Positions 17,958-28,475 of a stretch of DNA of 64,000 nucleotides are shown one piece after another. The translations under genes and the position numbers were made by a program. The notes beneath the pieces were generated by a model, which made no database searches, was not told where the DNA came from, and worked only from the letters and a program-made list of their open reading frames with translations. Within the stretch, counting starts at the first letter, position 1. Each line of letters starts with the position of its first letter. The stretch is from an uncultured Halobacteriales archaeon (GTDB lineage Archaea > Halobacteriota > Halobacteria > Halobacteriales > Hikarchaeaceae), in assembly GCA_964597855.1 (NCBI GenBank), contig CAZQZO010000001.1, forward strand, positions 267,702 to 331,701. The letters run 5' to 3'.

Positions 17958-19148
17958 GTGCGCGTAGTTGTAAAGTTTGGAGGAACCAGTGTCGCCACTG
18001 GAGATCGCATCGAACGAGCAGCAACTTCTATAGAAAAACTAGTCAAAGAAGGACATGAAGCAATTGTAGTTGTAAGCGCAATGGGGTCTACCACTGATGA
18101 TTTATTTGATCAAATCACATTTGAAGCAGATCCCCAAGACCAAGCAGAAATAGTTAGCATGGGGGAACGAACCTCTGTGAGGATGTTAAAAGCTGCACTA
18201 ACATCTAAAGGCCTCAATTCCATCTTTCTAGAGCCCCAACACCCTCAGTGGCCAATCATCCTCGATGAAAATGGAATTGTTTCTATAACTGAAACTACAT
18301 CCCGATCTACCAAATTAAAAGACATACTCCACGACACGGTACCTGTAGTCACTGGATTCTTGGCTGAGGACACTTCTGGAAATGTAACAACCCTTGGGCG
18401 TGGAGGTAGCGACACGACTGCTGTCATGCTCGGCAACTATCTAAACGCCGACGAAGTTGTAATCGTAACTGACGTTTCTGGTGTGATGACTGGGGATCCA
18501 AACGCTGTTGAAGGCGCTATGAATGTTGGAAAAATAAGTGTAGATGAATTACGCAGTCTATCTTTCCGTGGAGCTGAAGTCATAGCACCTTCTGCACTTT
18601 CTTATAAAACCGAGGAATTTGGCCTTAGGGTGCTCCATTATCAAAATGATGGGCTTCTAACTGGTGGGACCGATGTTACTGGGAAATTTCAAAATTTGAT
18701 AGACATGCGCGAACGTGCCGTAACAGGTGTTACTGTTGCTGGAAGATCTGTGAGAAACACACCCCACATCTTAAGAGATTTATCTGTCATTCTAGGGGAT
18801 TCTAATGTTAATATCCAAGCCGTGTCTAGTGGACTTGATAGTATCACTTTTTATGTTGATAATGTGGATGGGAAAGGCGTTGAATCCACTCTACACACCG
18901 CTGTGATTGACATACCCACTCTCTCTAGTGTAACCGCCGAATCCCCCATCGCAGTAATTAGAATTTCTGGCGGTGTTGTAACTGACCAAACCACTGTGTT
19001 GAGGGATCTTATACTCACTCTATCAGAACATAAGATTCGTCTAAACGATCTCATCACCAGCGCCACTTCTATAGGCGTTTTTGTCAATTGGAATCAACGC
19101 AAAGAAGCATTAAGTGTGGTCCAACAATTGTTTGATAACTTTGATTAA
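17958..19148 (+). CDS. Aspartate kinase
   Basis: N-terminal VVKFGGTSV kinase motif, GRGGSDTTA, and C-terminal ACT-like repeats. GTG start. Confidence 0.88.
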   Translation: MRVVVKFGGTSVATGDRIERAATSIEKLVKEGHEAIVVVSAMGSTTDDLFDQITFEADPQDQAEIVSMGERTSVRMLKAALTSKGLNSIFLEPQHPQWPIILDENGIVSITETTSRSTKLKDILHDTVPVVTGFLAEDTSGNVTTLGRGGSDTTAVMLGNYLNADEVVIVTDVSGVMTGDPNAVEGAMNVGKISVDELRSLSFRGAEVIAPSALSYKTEEFGLRVLHYQNDGLLTGGTDVTGKFQNLIDMRERAVTGVTVAGRSVRNTPHILRDLSVILGDSNVNIQAVSSGLDSITFYVDNVDGKGVESTLHTAVIDIPTLSSVTAESPIAVIRISGGVVTDQTTVLRDLILTLSEHKIRLNDLITSATSIGVFVNWNQRKEALSVVQQLFDNFD

Positions 19149-19717
19149 ATTTCTTTATTATCCAAACTAAATTCTACAACTTCTCCCTTTACAACCCCGA
19201 ATGCACATATTGAATGTTCAAACCCCATTCCATACATTCGATCAATAACCTCTCTCCCCGATTGCGGTTTGAAATTAAATACCTCTGGGCTATTTTTTTC
19301 ATAAGTTGAAACAAACATAGGCTCTCTCACCTTTTGTACTTCAATTCCATCCTTCCTAATAATCCCGATGAACGACTCTTTCCCCACAATCCCCGCAATC
19401 CTTGGGGTGTCGTATTCATCTTTCTCATATCCTGACACAACTAACCCTTCTGTCAATGCATCTTCTGAATTTCTTTTTAACACGAGCTGCTCCACTATTT
19501 GGTCTACATGGTCCCCATTCCCAATCACAACACAATCCCCCTCCACCCTAGCACAATTATATGCAACATATGGATTTTCTGTCTCTTGAGCCTCTGGTTT
19601 AAGTTCAATACTCAAACATTCTTCTCTTTTCACCACACACCGATCTGGGAAAGAACGTGAACAAACACAATATCCTCCAAAATTCTCACCAACAACAATA
19701 AAACGACCTACATACAT
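19145..19717 (-). CDS. purO: IMP cyclohydrolase, archaeal type
   Basis: 190 aa. The N-terminus MYVGRFIVVG...SRSFPDR is characteristic of archaeal PurO. Confidence 0.8.
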   Translation of the reverse strand: MYVGRFIVVGENFGGYCVCSRSFPDRCVVKREECLSIELKPEAQETENPYVAYNCARVEGDCVVIGNGDHVDQIVEQLVLKRNSEDALTEGLVVSGYEKDEYDTPRIAGIVGKESFIGIIRKDGIEVQKVREPMFVSTYEKNSPEVFNFKPQSGREVIDRMYGMGFEHSICAFGVVKGEVVEFSLDNKEI

Positions 19718-19817
19718 ATTTTACAATCAATTATATTGCCGCATGTATGTATCGATCTGCCTGCACACAAACAACAAAAAACTTTTAACATGAATCAGAG
19801 CCAACCTATTTTTGGAC

Positions 19818-19890
19818 AGTCCCATGGGGTAGTGGCCAATCCTGTCGCGTTCTGGGCGCGACGACCCCGGTTCGAATCCGGGTGGGACTA
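19818..19890 (+). tRNA. tRNA-Gln (anticodon CUG)
   Basis: AGTCCCATGGGGTAGTGGCCAATCCTGTCGCGTTCTGGGCGCGACGACCCCGGTTCGAATCCGGGTGGGACTA has acceptor AGTCCCA/TGGGACT, anticodon loop TTCTGGG and T-loop TTCGAAT. Confidence 0.92.
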
Positions 19891-19950
19891 TACCCTTATC
19901 ATTATCTTTGCATCGGCAACTTAATAGATCGCCCCTTGAATTATAATCAC

Positions 19951-21354
19951 ATGTCCGTAGATTTAGTTATTAAAAACGGAACAATTCACACTTCTAGTAA
20001 TAGTTATGCGGCAGATATAGCTATTAAAGATGGAATAATTGTCCACATTGGGACTTCTACAACCACTCCCTCTGCGACCGAAACAATAGATGCCACCGGG
20101 AAAGAAATTCTACCAGGGTTGGTCAATCAGCATGTCCATTTCAGAGAACCTGGACAAACACATAAAGAGGATTTCGAAAAAGGGTCTCAAGCAGCAGCAG
20201 CAGGAGGCTACACCATGTATATGGACATGCCAAATTGCACGCCTATAACAAACACACTTGAACGTTACCAAGATAAAGTTGCTCTTGCATCTGAAAAATC
20301 TTTAATTGACCATAATAGCTGGGCAGGGGCAACAGATCCAGACGAAGTTGTTAAGATTTACAATAATACTGGAAATATAGGCTTTAAGATATTCATGCAT
20401 CGCCACCCAGAAGTAGAATACCCCTATGTTCCAGAACTAGCCGTTTACGAAACCAATCGACTATATAATATTTTTGACGCCATTTCAAAAATGGATAAGA
20501 ATATCCCGATATCCATCCACCCCTCTGATGTACCGTTGGCAGATGAGCTTTTTTACCGTCTCAAAGCTATGGGGGCTGATGATTATTCGGCATTGCGTGA
20601 GGGAAAGGACGGTATGAACATGACACTAGGGTGTTTTGAAGCCGCATTCCTTGCCCATATAACTGGATTAAAACATCTAAATATTCTACATTTAGGTTTC
20701 AACGAAATAACACCAAAACCCCACCTAGATTTTGAAAACCGTGTCACACTAGTTGATCTTGTGAGAAAACTTAAAAGTTGGGGCTGGGACTTACATGGAG
20801 AAGCAGAAGCTTCCACATTTCTCCAACGAGATTCCAGCATTAATTGGAAACGAAGATGGTACACACCAGATCATGAAAAACTCTGGAAAGCCCTGGACGA
20901 CGAAGTTTTTGATTTAATGTTAATCGAACATGCTCCACAGTTAGAGGAGGAGGCAAACAAATCGGATGTCTGGGACGCCGCTTCTGGACTTTTAGGGGCA
21001 CAGGACTTTTTACCACTCATTCTAACAGAGGTCAACAACGGCAGATTGACGATAAATAAACTGGTAAAAATGACCTCTGAAAACCCTGCAAAATTTCTGG
21101 GAATCTATCCTAAAAAAGGAGCAATACAAGTAGGCTCTGACGCAGATATAACTATAGTAGATTTAAACAGAAAATCTGTTATAGACGAATCGAAAACCTT
21201 TGCCAAAGCCGGATGGTCTAGCTTTGATGGTTATGATGTAGTTGGGGTTCCAACACAAACTATAGTCCGAGGAACTGTTGTTTACGACGAAGGTGAAATA
21301 ACCGCCGACCCTGGATATGGAAAATATGTAGATAAAAACGAGTATTTCCACTAA
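19951..21354 (+). CDS. Cyclic amidohydrolase (dihydroorotase / allantoinase / dihydropyrimidinase family)
   Basis: Metal-binding motif VNQHVHFREPG, followed by AAAAGGYT. The longest ORF (19882) overlaps the tRNA-Gln gene, so ATG 19951 (MSVDLVIKNG...) is taken as the start. Confidence 0.8.
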   Translation: MSVDLVIKNGTIHTSSNSYAADIAIKDGIIVHIGTSTTTPSATETIDATGKEILPGLVNQHVHFREPGQTHKEDFEKGSQAAAAGGYTMYMDMPNCTPITNTLERYQDKVALASEKSLIDHNSWAGATDPDEVVKIYNNTGNIGFKIFMHRHPEVEYPYVPELAVYETNRLYNIFDAISKMDKNIPISIHPSDVPLADELFYRLKAMGADDYSALREGKDGMNMTLGCFEAAFLAHITGLKHLNILHLGFNEITPKPHLDFENRVTLVDLVRKLKSWGWDLHGEAEASTFLQRDSSINWKRRWYTPDHEKLWKALDDEVFDLMLIEHAPQLEEEANKSDVWDAASGLLGAQDFLPLILTEVNNGRLTINKLVKMTSENPAKFLGIYPKKGAIQVGSDADITIVDLNRKSVIDESKTFAKAGWSSFDGYDVVGVPTQTIVRGTVVYDEGEITADPGYGKYVDKNEYFH

Positions 21355-21360
21355 TTACTT

Positions 21361-22272
21361 TTACGATTCTTCAATAATTTTTAATCCTTCATATTTCAAA
21401 TGTTCTTCAAACCATTCTACTATTTGAGGCCCAACCGAGTCAATATATTTCCCATAAGCTGCGTAATGTGAAGTTCCTCTCTGGATTATGATTTTTTTAG
21501 GCGACGACGCCTTTTCATACAATCGAATAGTTTGACGTTCAGGTGTTGTGTCGTCATTTTCAACACAAATAAATAAAACCCCCCCTTCTATTTGCCCAAC
21601 AACATCTTCTGGGCAATATTCTATTATGGCTTCTGCACAAGATAACGGCAATTCTTGTGGTATTTTTGTGTCCACATCACTTTTCACACTTGTCGTCATT
21701 CTTTCAGGTGTTGGGATCTGTAGCCCCTCCAATCCCCTAGATGGTATCATTTTACTTTTCCCCGTAAGGGCACGCTGTCTACGATCCTCTTCCAGTGCGT
21801 CGAGCAAACCAAGCCATTCATATTCCCTGCGCATTCCCCTTACCCATTCAGCTCCATCTGCAACAGCATTGTTGGCTACCATACATTGTACCCTTTTATC
21901 CCGCGCCGCAGCAACAACAGCATTCCCCCCACCCGTACCACCTGAGCCAAACAAACCAATCCGGTTATTGTCCACTTCATCTCTAGTTTCAATATAACTA
22001 ACCGCATTGCGTATATCTGCTATCTGGCGCTCTGGATATAGGACCGAATCCCCTTCACTATCTCCAAACCCTCTATAATCAAAAACCAATACCACAAAAC
22101 CCGCATCTATCAACAAATCATGATATTGTTTGTATAATTTACCACCTTTTAATCCTAAAAAACCTGGTCCCTGCACGATTCCTGGGGCTGGCCCATCCAT
22201 TTTATCTGGTAATCTAAGTATGCCTGCAATTTTGTCCCCCTCGCTATAGAACGTAACATTTTCTTCTATCAT
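21361..22272 (-). CDS. Alpha/beta-fold hydrolase
   Basis: VLVFDYRGFGDSEG and a nucleophile-elbow region IGLFGSGGTGGG (non-canonical). The overall layout is that of a dienelactone-hydrolase/CocE-like N-terminal domain. Confidence 0.6.
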   Translation of the reverse strand: MIEENVTFYSEGDKIAGILRLPDKMDGPAPGIVQGPGFLGLKGGKLYKQYHDLLIDAGFVVLVFDYRGFGDSEGDSVLYPERQIADIRNAVSYIETRDEVDNNRIGLFGSGGTGGGNAVVAAARDKRVQCMVANNAVADGAEWVRGMRREYEWLGLLDALEEDRRQRALTGKSKMIPSRGLEGLQIPTPERMTTSVKSDVDTKIPQELPLSCAEAIIEYCPEDVVGQIEGGVLFICVENDDTTPERQTIRLYEKASSPKKIIIQRGTSHYAAYGKYIDSVGPQIVEWFEEHLKYEGLKIIEES

Positions 22273-22377
22273 TCTTAATTATTATAGCCACCGTCTATTG
22301 TTAAAACAATCGCTATTCTCATGTGTATATACTAGCAACAATCTATCTTTTGTCCACTCCCATTCAATAGACCGTAT

Positions 22378-22659
22378 ATGCCTACTAAAAATATAGCAGT
22401 CGTTGTACACATTAAAAGTGATTTTGAAAGCTGGGAAAAATTAATGCTGTCTAGCCTTGATAATCAAGACGCGGTTAATTCTGGAAAACAAATCTACGCA
22501 AAAGTAAACGATAAAAAAGCAATTCTAATACGATATGATATGGATATGGAAGAGATGGCTGCCCGTGCTGGCAATCCTGATTTTAAAAAACTAATTGAAA
22601 ACGACGTCGAGCGTCACGAATTCTACATCTTAGAAGAACTGAAACCCCCTTCCAATTAA
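22378..22659 (+). CDS. Hypothetical protein (93 aa)
   Basis: A clean ORF in an otherwise unoccupied gap. No motif recognised. Confidence 0.4.
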   Translation: MPTKNIAVVVHIKSDFESWEKLMLSSLDNQDAVNSGKQIYAKVNDKKAILIRYDMDMEEMAARAGNPDFKKLIENDVERHEFYILEELKPPSN

Positions 22660-22667
22660 TCTCTCAC

Positions 22668-23654
22668 TTACCTCGGGCAGTTAGGGAGTATATCTTGCCC
22701 TAGTAAATCCAAACAATAGTCCCAATCATCAAATCTCATCCGTAGGTCGAACACAAGATGATTAAGCCCACTTTGAACAAATTTCTCTACACCCTCTACT
22801 ATGTCTTCTGGCGTACCTGCTAATAATACTCCATCAAGATCTTCAACTTTAGTAAATTTCCCACCTTCTGGTTTGACCCATTTATCTCTTTTATTAGATG
22901 AATCTAGAAGTCCTTGAACATTTGCAGAATCAAGTGCTTTCTGTCGGTCCTCATCTGGACTTGTAATCGGAATTGCACCCACCGTTGGCCGTGGCCTCCC
23001 ATGTTCTTTTGCTTCCCTTTCGAGCTTTTTAATGGCTTTTACAAAAGTTGGCATATTAATTCTACCTGGGAGCCACCCATCACAGAATTCGGCCGCCCAA
23101 GAAACAGCTAATGGAGTTGAACCCCCATACCATATGGGAATGTCACTAACTGGCTGAGGTCGAACCCATACATCCTCAAATGAAAATACATCTCCATCAT
23201 GACTAAAGACATCTTCATTCCATGCAGCTCTTAATATGTCTACATTTTCCCGCACAACCCCTGTTCTATTCTCATAACCCTCTGGAAAACCAATGGCGTC
23301 GAATTCATGTTTAAAGTTTCCTGCACCAAGGCCGCAAATTGCCCTACCATTTGACATCCAATCTAAACTCGCAAATTGATGTGCAAGATGTAGGGGGTGC
23401 CTTAGTGGTATCACTACACCGGTTCCAAGTTCAATCTTTTTCGTAACAGTTGCCAACCCTGCTAATACGGCAAATGTATCCACGTGTGTTTTGTCTGCAC
23501 CTTCCATGCCATGCGGTTGAAATATCAAATGATCTCTAATCCATACAGAGTCAAGCCCATACTTCTCCGCCTTTATCGTTCCCTCGACTAATTTTTCCAC
23601 CGATGCATGTTCACCAAAATTGGGAAGTAATATTCCATATTTTTGTTTCTCCAT
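22668..23654 (-). CDS. LLM-class (luciferase-like) flavin/F420-dependent oxidoreductase
   Basis: TIM-barrel LLM pattern: GILLPNFGEH...KAEKYGLDSVWIRDHL and later GLGAGNFKHEF. Confidence 0.75.
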   Translation of the reverse strand: MEKQKYGILLPNFGEHASVEKLVEGTIKAEKYGLDSVWIRDHLIFQPHGMEGADKTHVDTFAVLAGLATVTKKIELGTGVVIPLRHPLHLAHQFASLDWMSNGRAICGLGAGNFKHEFDAIGFPEGYENRTGVVRENVDILRAAWNEDVFSHDGDVFSFEDVWVRPQPVSDIPIWYGGSTPLAVSWAAEFCDGWLPGRINMPTFVKAIKKLEREAKEHGRPRPTVGAIPITSPDEDRQKALDSANVQGLLDSSNKRDKWVKPEGGKFTKVEDLDGVLLAGTPEDIVEGVEKFVQSGLNHLVFDLRMRFDDWDYCLDLLGQDILPNCPR

Positions 23655-23708
23655 ATTATTACATCTCCCACAACTGTAATTAATTTGTTGAAGTCCCTGT
23701 TTGGGGTA

Positions 23709-25025
23709 TTATTCTTCTTCTGGAAGCGTTATTAATACCTTTAAAATGCGCGTGTTATCGACCTCCTCTACTGCAATGTTAATATTCTCATATACGATAG
23801 ATTCGCCCTCTTCTACTATTCTTCCCGCCTGATCTAAAATAAACCCTGCAATTGTTTCAAACTCATTTCCTTCTGGAAGTTCAATCCCCAACACAGAATT
23901 TATTTCATCTATATTGACATCTCCTCTTACTGCAATGATATTTGAAGATATGTGCTCTATTGGGACTTGTTCTTCACTTTCAAGAATTTCCCCAACAATT
24001 TCTTCGAGTATGTCTTCCAATGTGATTAAACCCTCTGCGGTGCCAAACTCATCCACCACGATTACCATCCCCAACCTCTGATTCTGCATTTCTTCCAATA
24101 ATTCATCAATCTTTTTAGACTCAGGCACATGCATTGTAGGTTCTAAAATGCTTTTCAATGATGTTTCAGCCCCTTTTGATTTACTTTCTCTCAGTAAATT
24201 TCCTATTGTAACTACCCCTAGTATTTTGTCCAAATTATCCCTATAAACTGGAAGGCACATATGACCAGAACCCACACAAATATTTATTGCATCTGATACA
24301 CTTGATCCCGCAGAAACTGCATCAATATCCAACCTGGGGGTCATAATCTCTTTAGCTATTGTTGTATCAAGATCAAATATACCTTGTAACATTTCAAGCT
24401 CTTCTTCTTCTATCACTCCCTCCACTTTCCCCACTTCTAATATATCTTGAATTTCATCTCGGGTAACATAGGGACTCTGTATGACTGCATCTGAATCTTC
24501 TTTTGTGATTATTTGGGCCAATCTGATAAAAATAAACACAACGGGGGCAAACACTGACTCAAAAGCATCTACCACACGGGCAATCTTAACTGACCACGAT
24601 TCTGGATTTTTTATGGCATATGATTTGGGAATTATTTCTCCAAAAACCAATACTAGTATTGTGATGGTAAATGTGGCCAGCGCAATTGCAATTCCCTCTG
24701 TAAAATAAAGTGCTAAAACACTCGTAGTCACAGAAGCCATTGCAATATTTACTATATTATTTCCTACAAGCAGCGTTACCAACAAATTTTGCGGACGTTC
24801 TCGGAGCCCTAACACTATTTTTGCATTTGGAATATTTTCTGTCGCCATCGCATCAATCCGATGTTTTGAAAGAGAAAACATGGCTATTTCTGCAGAAGAG
24901 AAAAACGCAGACAATCCTAGTAGAACCAATATCAAAGTTATAACTACTATTATCGCTAGCGAATTTGCAGGGATTATCCCCCCTGCGCCTTCCAATATTG
25001 ACAGCCCATAAATCCAAGCGGACAT
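23709..25025 (-). CDS. CNNM/HlyC-CorC family transporter (DUF21 + CBS pair + CorC_HlyC)
   Basis: A 4-TM DUF21 N-terminus (SAFFSSAEIAMFS), a tandem CBS region and a C-terminal transporter-associated domain. Confidence 0.8.
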   Translation of the reverse strand: MSAWIYGLSILEGAGGIIPANSLAIIVVITLILVLLGLSAFFSSAEIAMFSLSKHRIDAMATENIPNAKIVLGLRERPQNLLVTLLVGNNIVNIAMASVTTSVLALYFTEGIAIALATFTITILVLVFGEIIPKSYAIKNPESWSVKIARVVDAFESVFAPVVFIFIRLAQIITKEDSDAVIQSPYVTRDEIQDILEVGKVEGVIEEEELEMLQGIFDLDTTIAKEIMTPRLDIDAVSAGSSVSDAINICVGSGHMCLPVYRDNLDKILGVVTIGNLLRESKSKGAETSLKSILEPTMHVPESKKIDELLEEMQNQRLGMVIVVDEFGTAEGLITLEDILEEIVGEILESEEQVPIEHISSNIIAVRGDVNIDEINSVLGIELPEGNEFETIAGFILDQAGRIVEEGESIVYENINIAVEEVDNTRILKVLITLPEEE

Positions 25026-25138
25026 TCGATTCTATCTCATTTACACTTTAAGATCTATTAAAAGTTCCTTTGACCCTTCACAATCTGTAAAATTAAATAT
25101 ATTCAAATCACATATCTTTGTAATCAACGACAATTAAG

Positions 25139-25735
25139 ATGAATCATATACACAATGCTGCAATATCAATAAACTCTGGGCATCTGATAGTCTACCCGAC
25201 TGAAACCACATATGCACTTGGGGCAAACCCTCTCGATTCTCAAGCAATTCAAAAATTATTCCGCGCCAAAAAAAGAGATCCAAAAAACCCCCTATCTATC
25301 GCTTTCCCCACACTCACCGCCGCATCTTCCTACGTACTCCTATCTGCAAAAACAAAATCTTTTGCAGATCACTTCCTCCCTGGCGCAGTAACCATTTTAT
25401 GTGAACCAACAAACTCCCAACTCAAACCCCTAACCAAATGTGGAAAAATAGGCATTCGGATACCTGACCACCCACTCGCACTCGACCTATTAACTCAAGT
25501 CAGTCCTCTCACAGCAACCAGTGCCAATATCAGTGGAAAACCCGGGGCATGTACTATATCCGAAATAGATCCTGAATTACTATCTTCTGTTTCCACTATT
25601 ATTGATGGTCAACAAACCCCTGGTGGCAAAAGCACTGTAATCGATGTAGATGAGTCAACCATCCTCCGGAAAGGTTCTCACTACGAGGAAATCAAAACAT
25701 GGGTTGAAGATAATTCTTCATTTCCTCTTGAATAA
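25139..25735 (+). CDS. L-threonylcarbamoyladenylate synthase (YrdC/TsaC-type, no Sua5 extension)
   Basis: YrdC-fold motifs are present: VYPTETTYALGANP, KKRDPKNPLSIAF and SANISG. Confidence 0.8.
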   Translation: MNHIHNAAISINSGHLIVYPTETTYALGANPLDSQAIQKLFRAKKRDPKNPLSIAFPTLTAASSYVLLSAKTKSFADHFLPGAVTILCEPTNSQLKPLTKCGKIGIRIPDHPLALDLLTQVSPLTATSANISGKPGACTISEIDPELLSSVSTIIDGQQTPGGKSTVIDVDESTILRKGSHYEEIKTWVEDNSSFPLE

Positions 25736-25802
25736 AACCTACCTTTTAATAATCGTAAGACCAATCAGATATCATTTGAATTATATCAAATATTGATACC
25801 CT

Positions 25803-27875
25803 ATGACTCCTATTCCCCCTGAAGATGTGATCACGAGACCAATTTTTTGGGAAATAGGACCTGTTGGGGAACTCATATTCTATTTTTTGGCAATTCTCAC
25901 TGTAATCATATTTCTCAATGGCATTCGTTTACGCCTGAATCGTTATTCATCTGGACGTGAAGACCCCACCAATAGATTGGATAATCTACCCCGTAGAATA
26001 ATATACTCAATCAAATTCATTGCAAGAAACACTGGCCAATTTGACAGGGACATTTATGCTGGCATTATGCACAGTTTGATTCTCTGGGGATTTCTCACGT
26101 TGACCATCGGCACTACCATTCTCGCAATAGATATAGATCTCTACCGCCCCTTAACAAAAAAATCATTTTTCGTGGGCGATTTCTACCTAGTATATTCTTT
26201 TGTAATGGACGCGTTAGGTTTTCTTTTAATAATCGGCCTAGTGATGGTCATTTATCGTCGGTATTGGGTCAGAACAAAAAGACTTCATGGCAAACACACT
26301 AGCCTTGAAGATGACTTATTTATTTTTTCTTTATTATACCTCTGCATAGGTGGGTACCTCTTAGAAGGAGTACGTATATTGGGAACGTCATTCCCTTCCT
26401 TTGAGAAAGTTAGTTTTGTAGGGTGGTTTGTTGCAATATTACTCTTCAAAAGTGGTATCTCTCCCCTTGTATCTCAATCACTATACCCTCTATTGTGGTG
26501 GAGCCACGCAATAATCGCATTATTGTTCACGGCAACAATTCCCTACGCAAAACCATTCCATATGTTCTCCAGTTTAGCCAACGTCATAGCCCGAGACGAA
26601 CTTTCTGGAATTCGTTTACCTAGGATCCCTGAAAACGCAACACCCGAGGAAATTGGACCTACTAATATTGAAGATTTTTCTTGGAAGCAATTACTCGACC
26701 ACGACGCCTGCACAAAATGTGGGAGATGTTCCGAGGTTTGTCCGGCCAAGGCGTCTGGCAGGGACCTCGACCCCCGTGATGTTATTCTAGACTTAAAACG
26801 ATACAAAGACGAACTCGATTCTGGATCTGGGTCAAGACGTCCCATTATCTCTGATGGTGGAAGTGTGATTTCAATAGGATCTATGGATTCTTGCATGTCG
26901 TGTTTGGCTTGTGTAGACGCTTGCCCCGTCGGAATAGAACATGTAACCCAATTCACAGAAATGAATAGGAGACTCGTAGAATCAGGCAAACTCAATGAGA
27001 ATCTTCAATCCATTATGACTGACATATTTACTCATGGAAATTCATTTGGACTTTCTGAGAGAAAACGACCAGAGTGGACAAACGATCTCCCGTTTACGAT
27101 TCCTGACGCCCGCGATTCAAAGGTACAATATTTGTGGTATGTGGGAGATTTGCCTAGCTATGATCCACGCAATCAAAAAATAGCCATAGCCCTGGCACAT
27201 ATCTTTCACGAGGCGGGAATTTCTTATGGAATCCTTTACGAGTCTGAGAAAAATGATGGAAATGATGTAAGAAGGATAGGTGAAGAAGGATTATATGAAA
27301 TGTTAGCAGAAGGGAATATTGAACTTTTTAATCAATGTGATTTCGAAACCATAGTCTGCACCGATCCACACTCTTATAATACAATCAAAAATGAATATTC
27401 TCAATTTGGATTTGAAGTAGATGTTTGTCACTATACTAGTATGTTAGAAGATTTAGTCAATTCTGGAAAATTAACCATACCCCCTTCTCTGGACTATTCC
27501 GTTACTTATCACGACCCATGCCATCTCGGTAGGTACAACCATGAATATGAATCCCCCCGTGAACTTATTCAAAAAACAGGGTGCGTTTTACACGAAATGC
27601 CCCGGAATAGAAGAAATTCTTTTTGCTGTGGTGGTGGTGGAGGAGGACTTTGGATGGATTTCCCCGATACAAAAAAACCATCAGAGGAACGTCTAAGAGA
27701 GGCGTTAGAAGATACAAAAAAAGCTGCAGAGAAATTTGTTGTATCTTGTCCCCAATGCATGACGATGTATGAAGATGGTAGAAAAACAGGTGGATTCGAA
27801 AATCAACTTGAAATCATAGATGTGGCAGAATTAGTAGCAGAAGCAATCATAACTAACAATCTCACCAAAGCGTAA
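25803..27875 (+). CDS. Membrane-anchored Fe-S oxidoreductase: NarI/DsrM-like membrane domain fused to an HdrD/DsrK-like 2x[4Fe-4S] + CCG domain
   Basis: N-terminal ~270 aa has 5-6 TM helices with conserved His residues. Two ferredoxin motifs follow (CTKCGRCSEVCP, CMSCLACVDACP). The C-terminal CCG domain is YHDPCHLGR...FCCGGGGG...SCPQC. Confidence 0.75.
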   Translation: MTPIPPEDVITRPIFWEIGPVGELIFYFLAILTVIIFLNGIRLRLNRYSSGREDPTNRLDNLPRRIIYSIKFIARNTGQFDRDIYAGIMHSLILWGFLTLTIGTTILAIDIDLYRPLTKKSFFVGDFYLVYSFVMDALGFLLIIGLVMVIYRRYWVRTKRLHGKHTSLEDDLFIFSLLYLCIGGYLLEGVRILGTSFPSFEKVSFVGWFVAILLFKSGISPLVSQSLYPLLWWSHAIIALLFTATIPYAKPFHMFSSLANVIARDELSGIRLPRIPENATPEEIGPTNIEDFSWKQLLDHDACTKCGRCSEVCPAKASGRDLDPRDVILDLKRYKDELDSGSGSRRPIISDGGSVISIGSMDSCMSCLACVDACPVGIEHVTQFTEMNRRLVESGKLNENLQSIMTDIFTHGNSFGLSERKRPEWTNDLPFTIPDARDSKVQYLWYVGDLPSYDPRNQKIAIALAHIFHEAGISYGILYESEKNDGNDVRRIGEEGLYEMLAEGNIELFNQCDFETIVCTDPHSYNTIKNEYSQFGFEVDVCHYTSMLEDLVNSGKLTIPPSLDYSVTYHDPCHLGRYNHEYESPRELIQKTGCVLHEMPRNRRNSFCCGGGGGGLWMDFPDTKKPSEERLREALEDTKKAAEKFVVSCPQCMTMYEDGRKTGGFENQLEIIDVAELVAEAIITNNLTKA

Positions 27876-28392
27876 CCAACTTGAGAGCGGCCAAAGCGAG
27901 AATTGTTTCAAAAACGAGTGTTCCCAATGCGGACAAAACTATGAATTTTTTATCTCCCATTTTTGCTAGCCCTGCAGGAACTGTCAACATACCTCTTGTA
28001 AAAAACATAGTATTCGAGATTGGTATTACTATTGCACCCCATTGATAAAACCACCCATCGAACTTTTCCAAATGGGATTCTTTAACCCGAAACCATTTCT
28101 TTTTTAACAAACCCTCCCTCCCTATCCTCTTTGCAACTAGAAAAAGTGAATACTGTCCTATAGTCGCTCCAAAAACCGCAATGCAAATAACCAACGCATA
28201 TTCTGCTGGAGAATTCGCCAAAAAAACAACCGCTATAGGGACTAGACTTTCTGAAGGTGCAAAATACAATAACATAGCGCCCTCTAATATAAAAACCAAA
28301 AACAAAGCCAAATATCCATATTGTGATAAAAATTCTTGCACAAAAATAGTAGAAGTTGAAACTATTGCCAAAACTATCTTTATTTTAGCCAT
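27862..28392 (-). CDS. DedA/SNARE-associated family membrane protein
   Basis: DedA signature region YGYLALFLVFILEGAMLLYFAPSESLVP, with 4-5 TM helices. Confidence 0.7.
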   Translation of the reverse strand: MAKIKIVLAIVSTSTIFVQEFLSQYGYLALFLVFILEGAMLLYFAPSESLVPIAVVFLANSPAEYALVICIAVFGATIGQYSLFLVAKRIGREGLLKKKWFRVKESHLEKFDGWFYQWGAIVIPISNTMFFTRGMLTVPAGLAKMGDKKFIVLSALGTLVFETILALAALKLVTLW

Positions 28393-28475
28393 CCTCCTTC
28401 AAAGAGATTCCGGCAAAATCATCTCTTTTTTCAACATCGAATGGTGTTTAATCGTTGGAATCCCCATTAATCAAT

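Noticed and set aside
19882-19950. N-terminal extension of the amidohydrolase ORF
   Set aside because: It overlaps the 3' end of tRNA-Gln (19818..19890). The conserved protein begins at ATG 19951.
21361-22272. Non-canonical nucleophile elbow (IGLFGSGGTGGG) in the alpha/beta hydrolase as evidence of a pseudoenzyme
   Set aside because: Without an alignment I cannot decide which residue occupies the nucleophile position (Ser in FGSGG or Thr in GGTGG). The observation is too uncertain to report as a finding.
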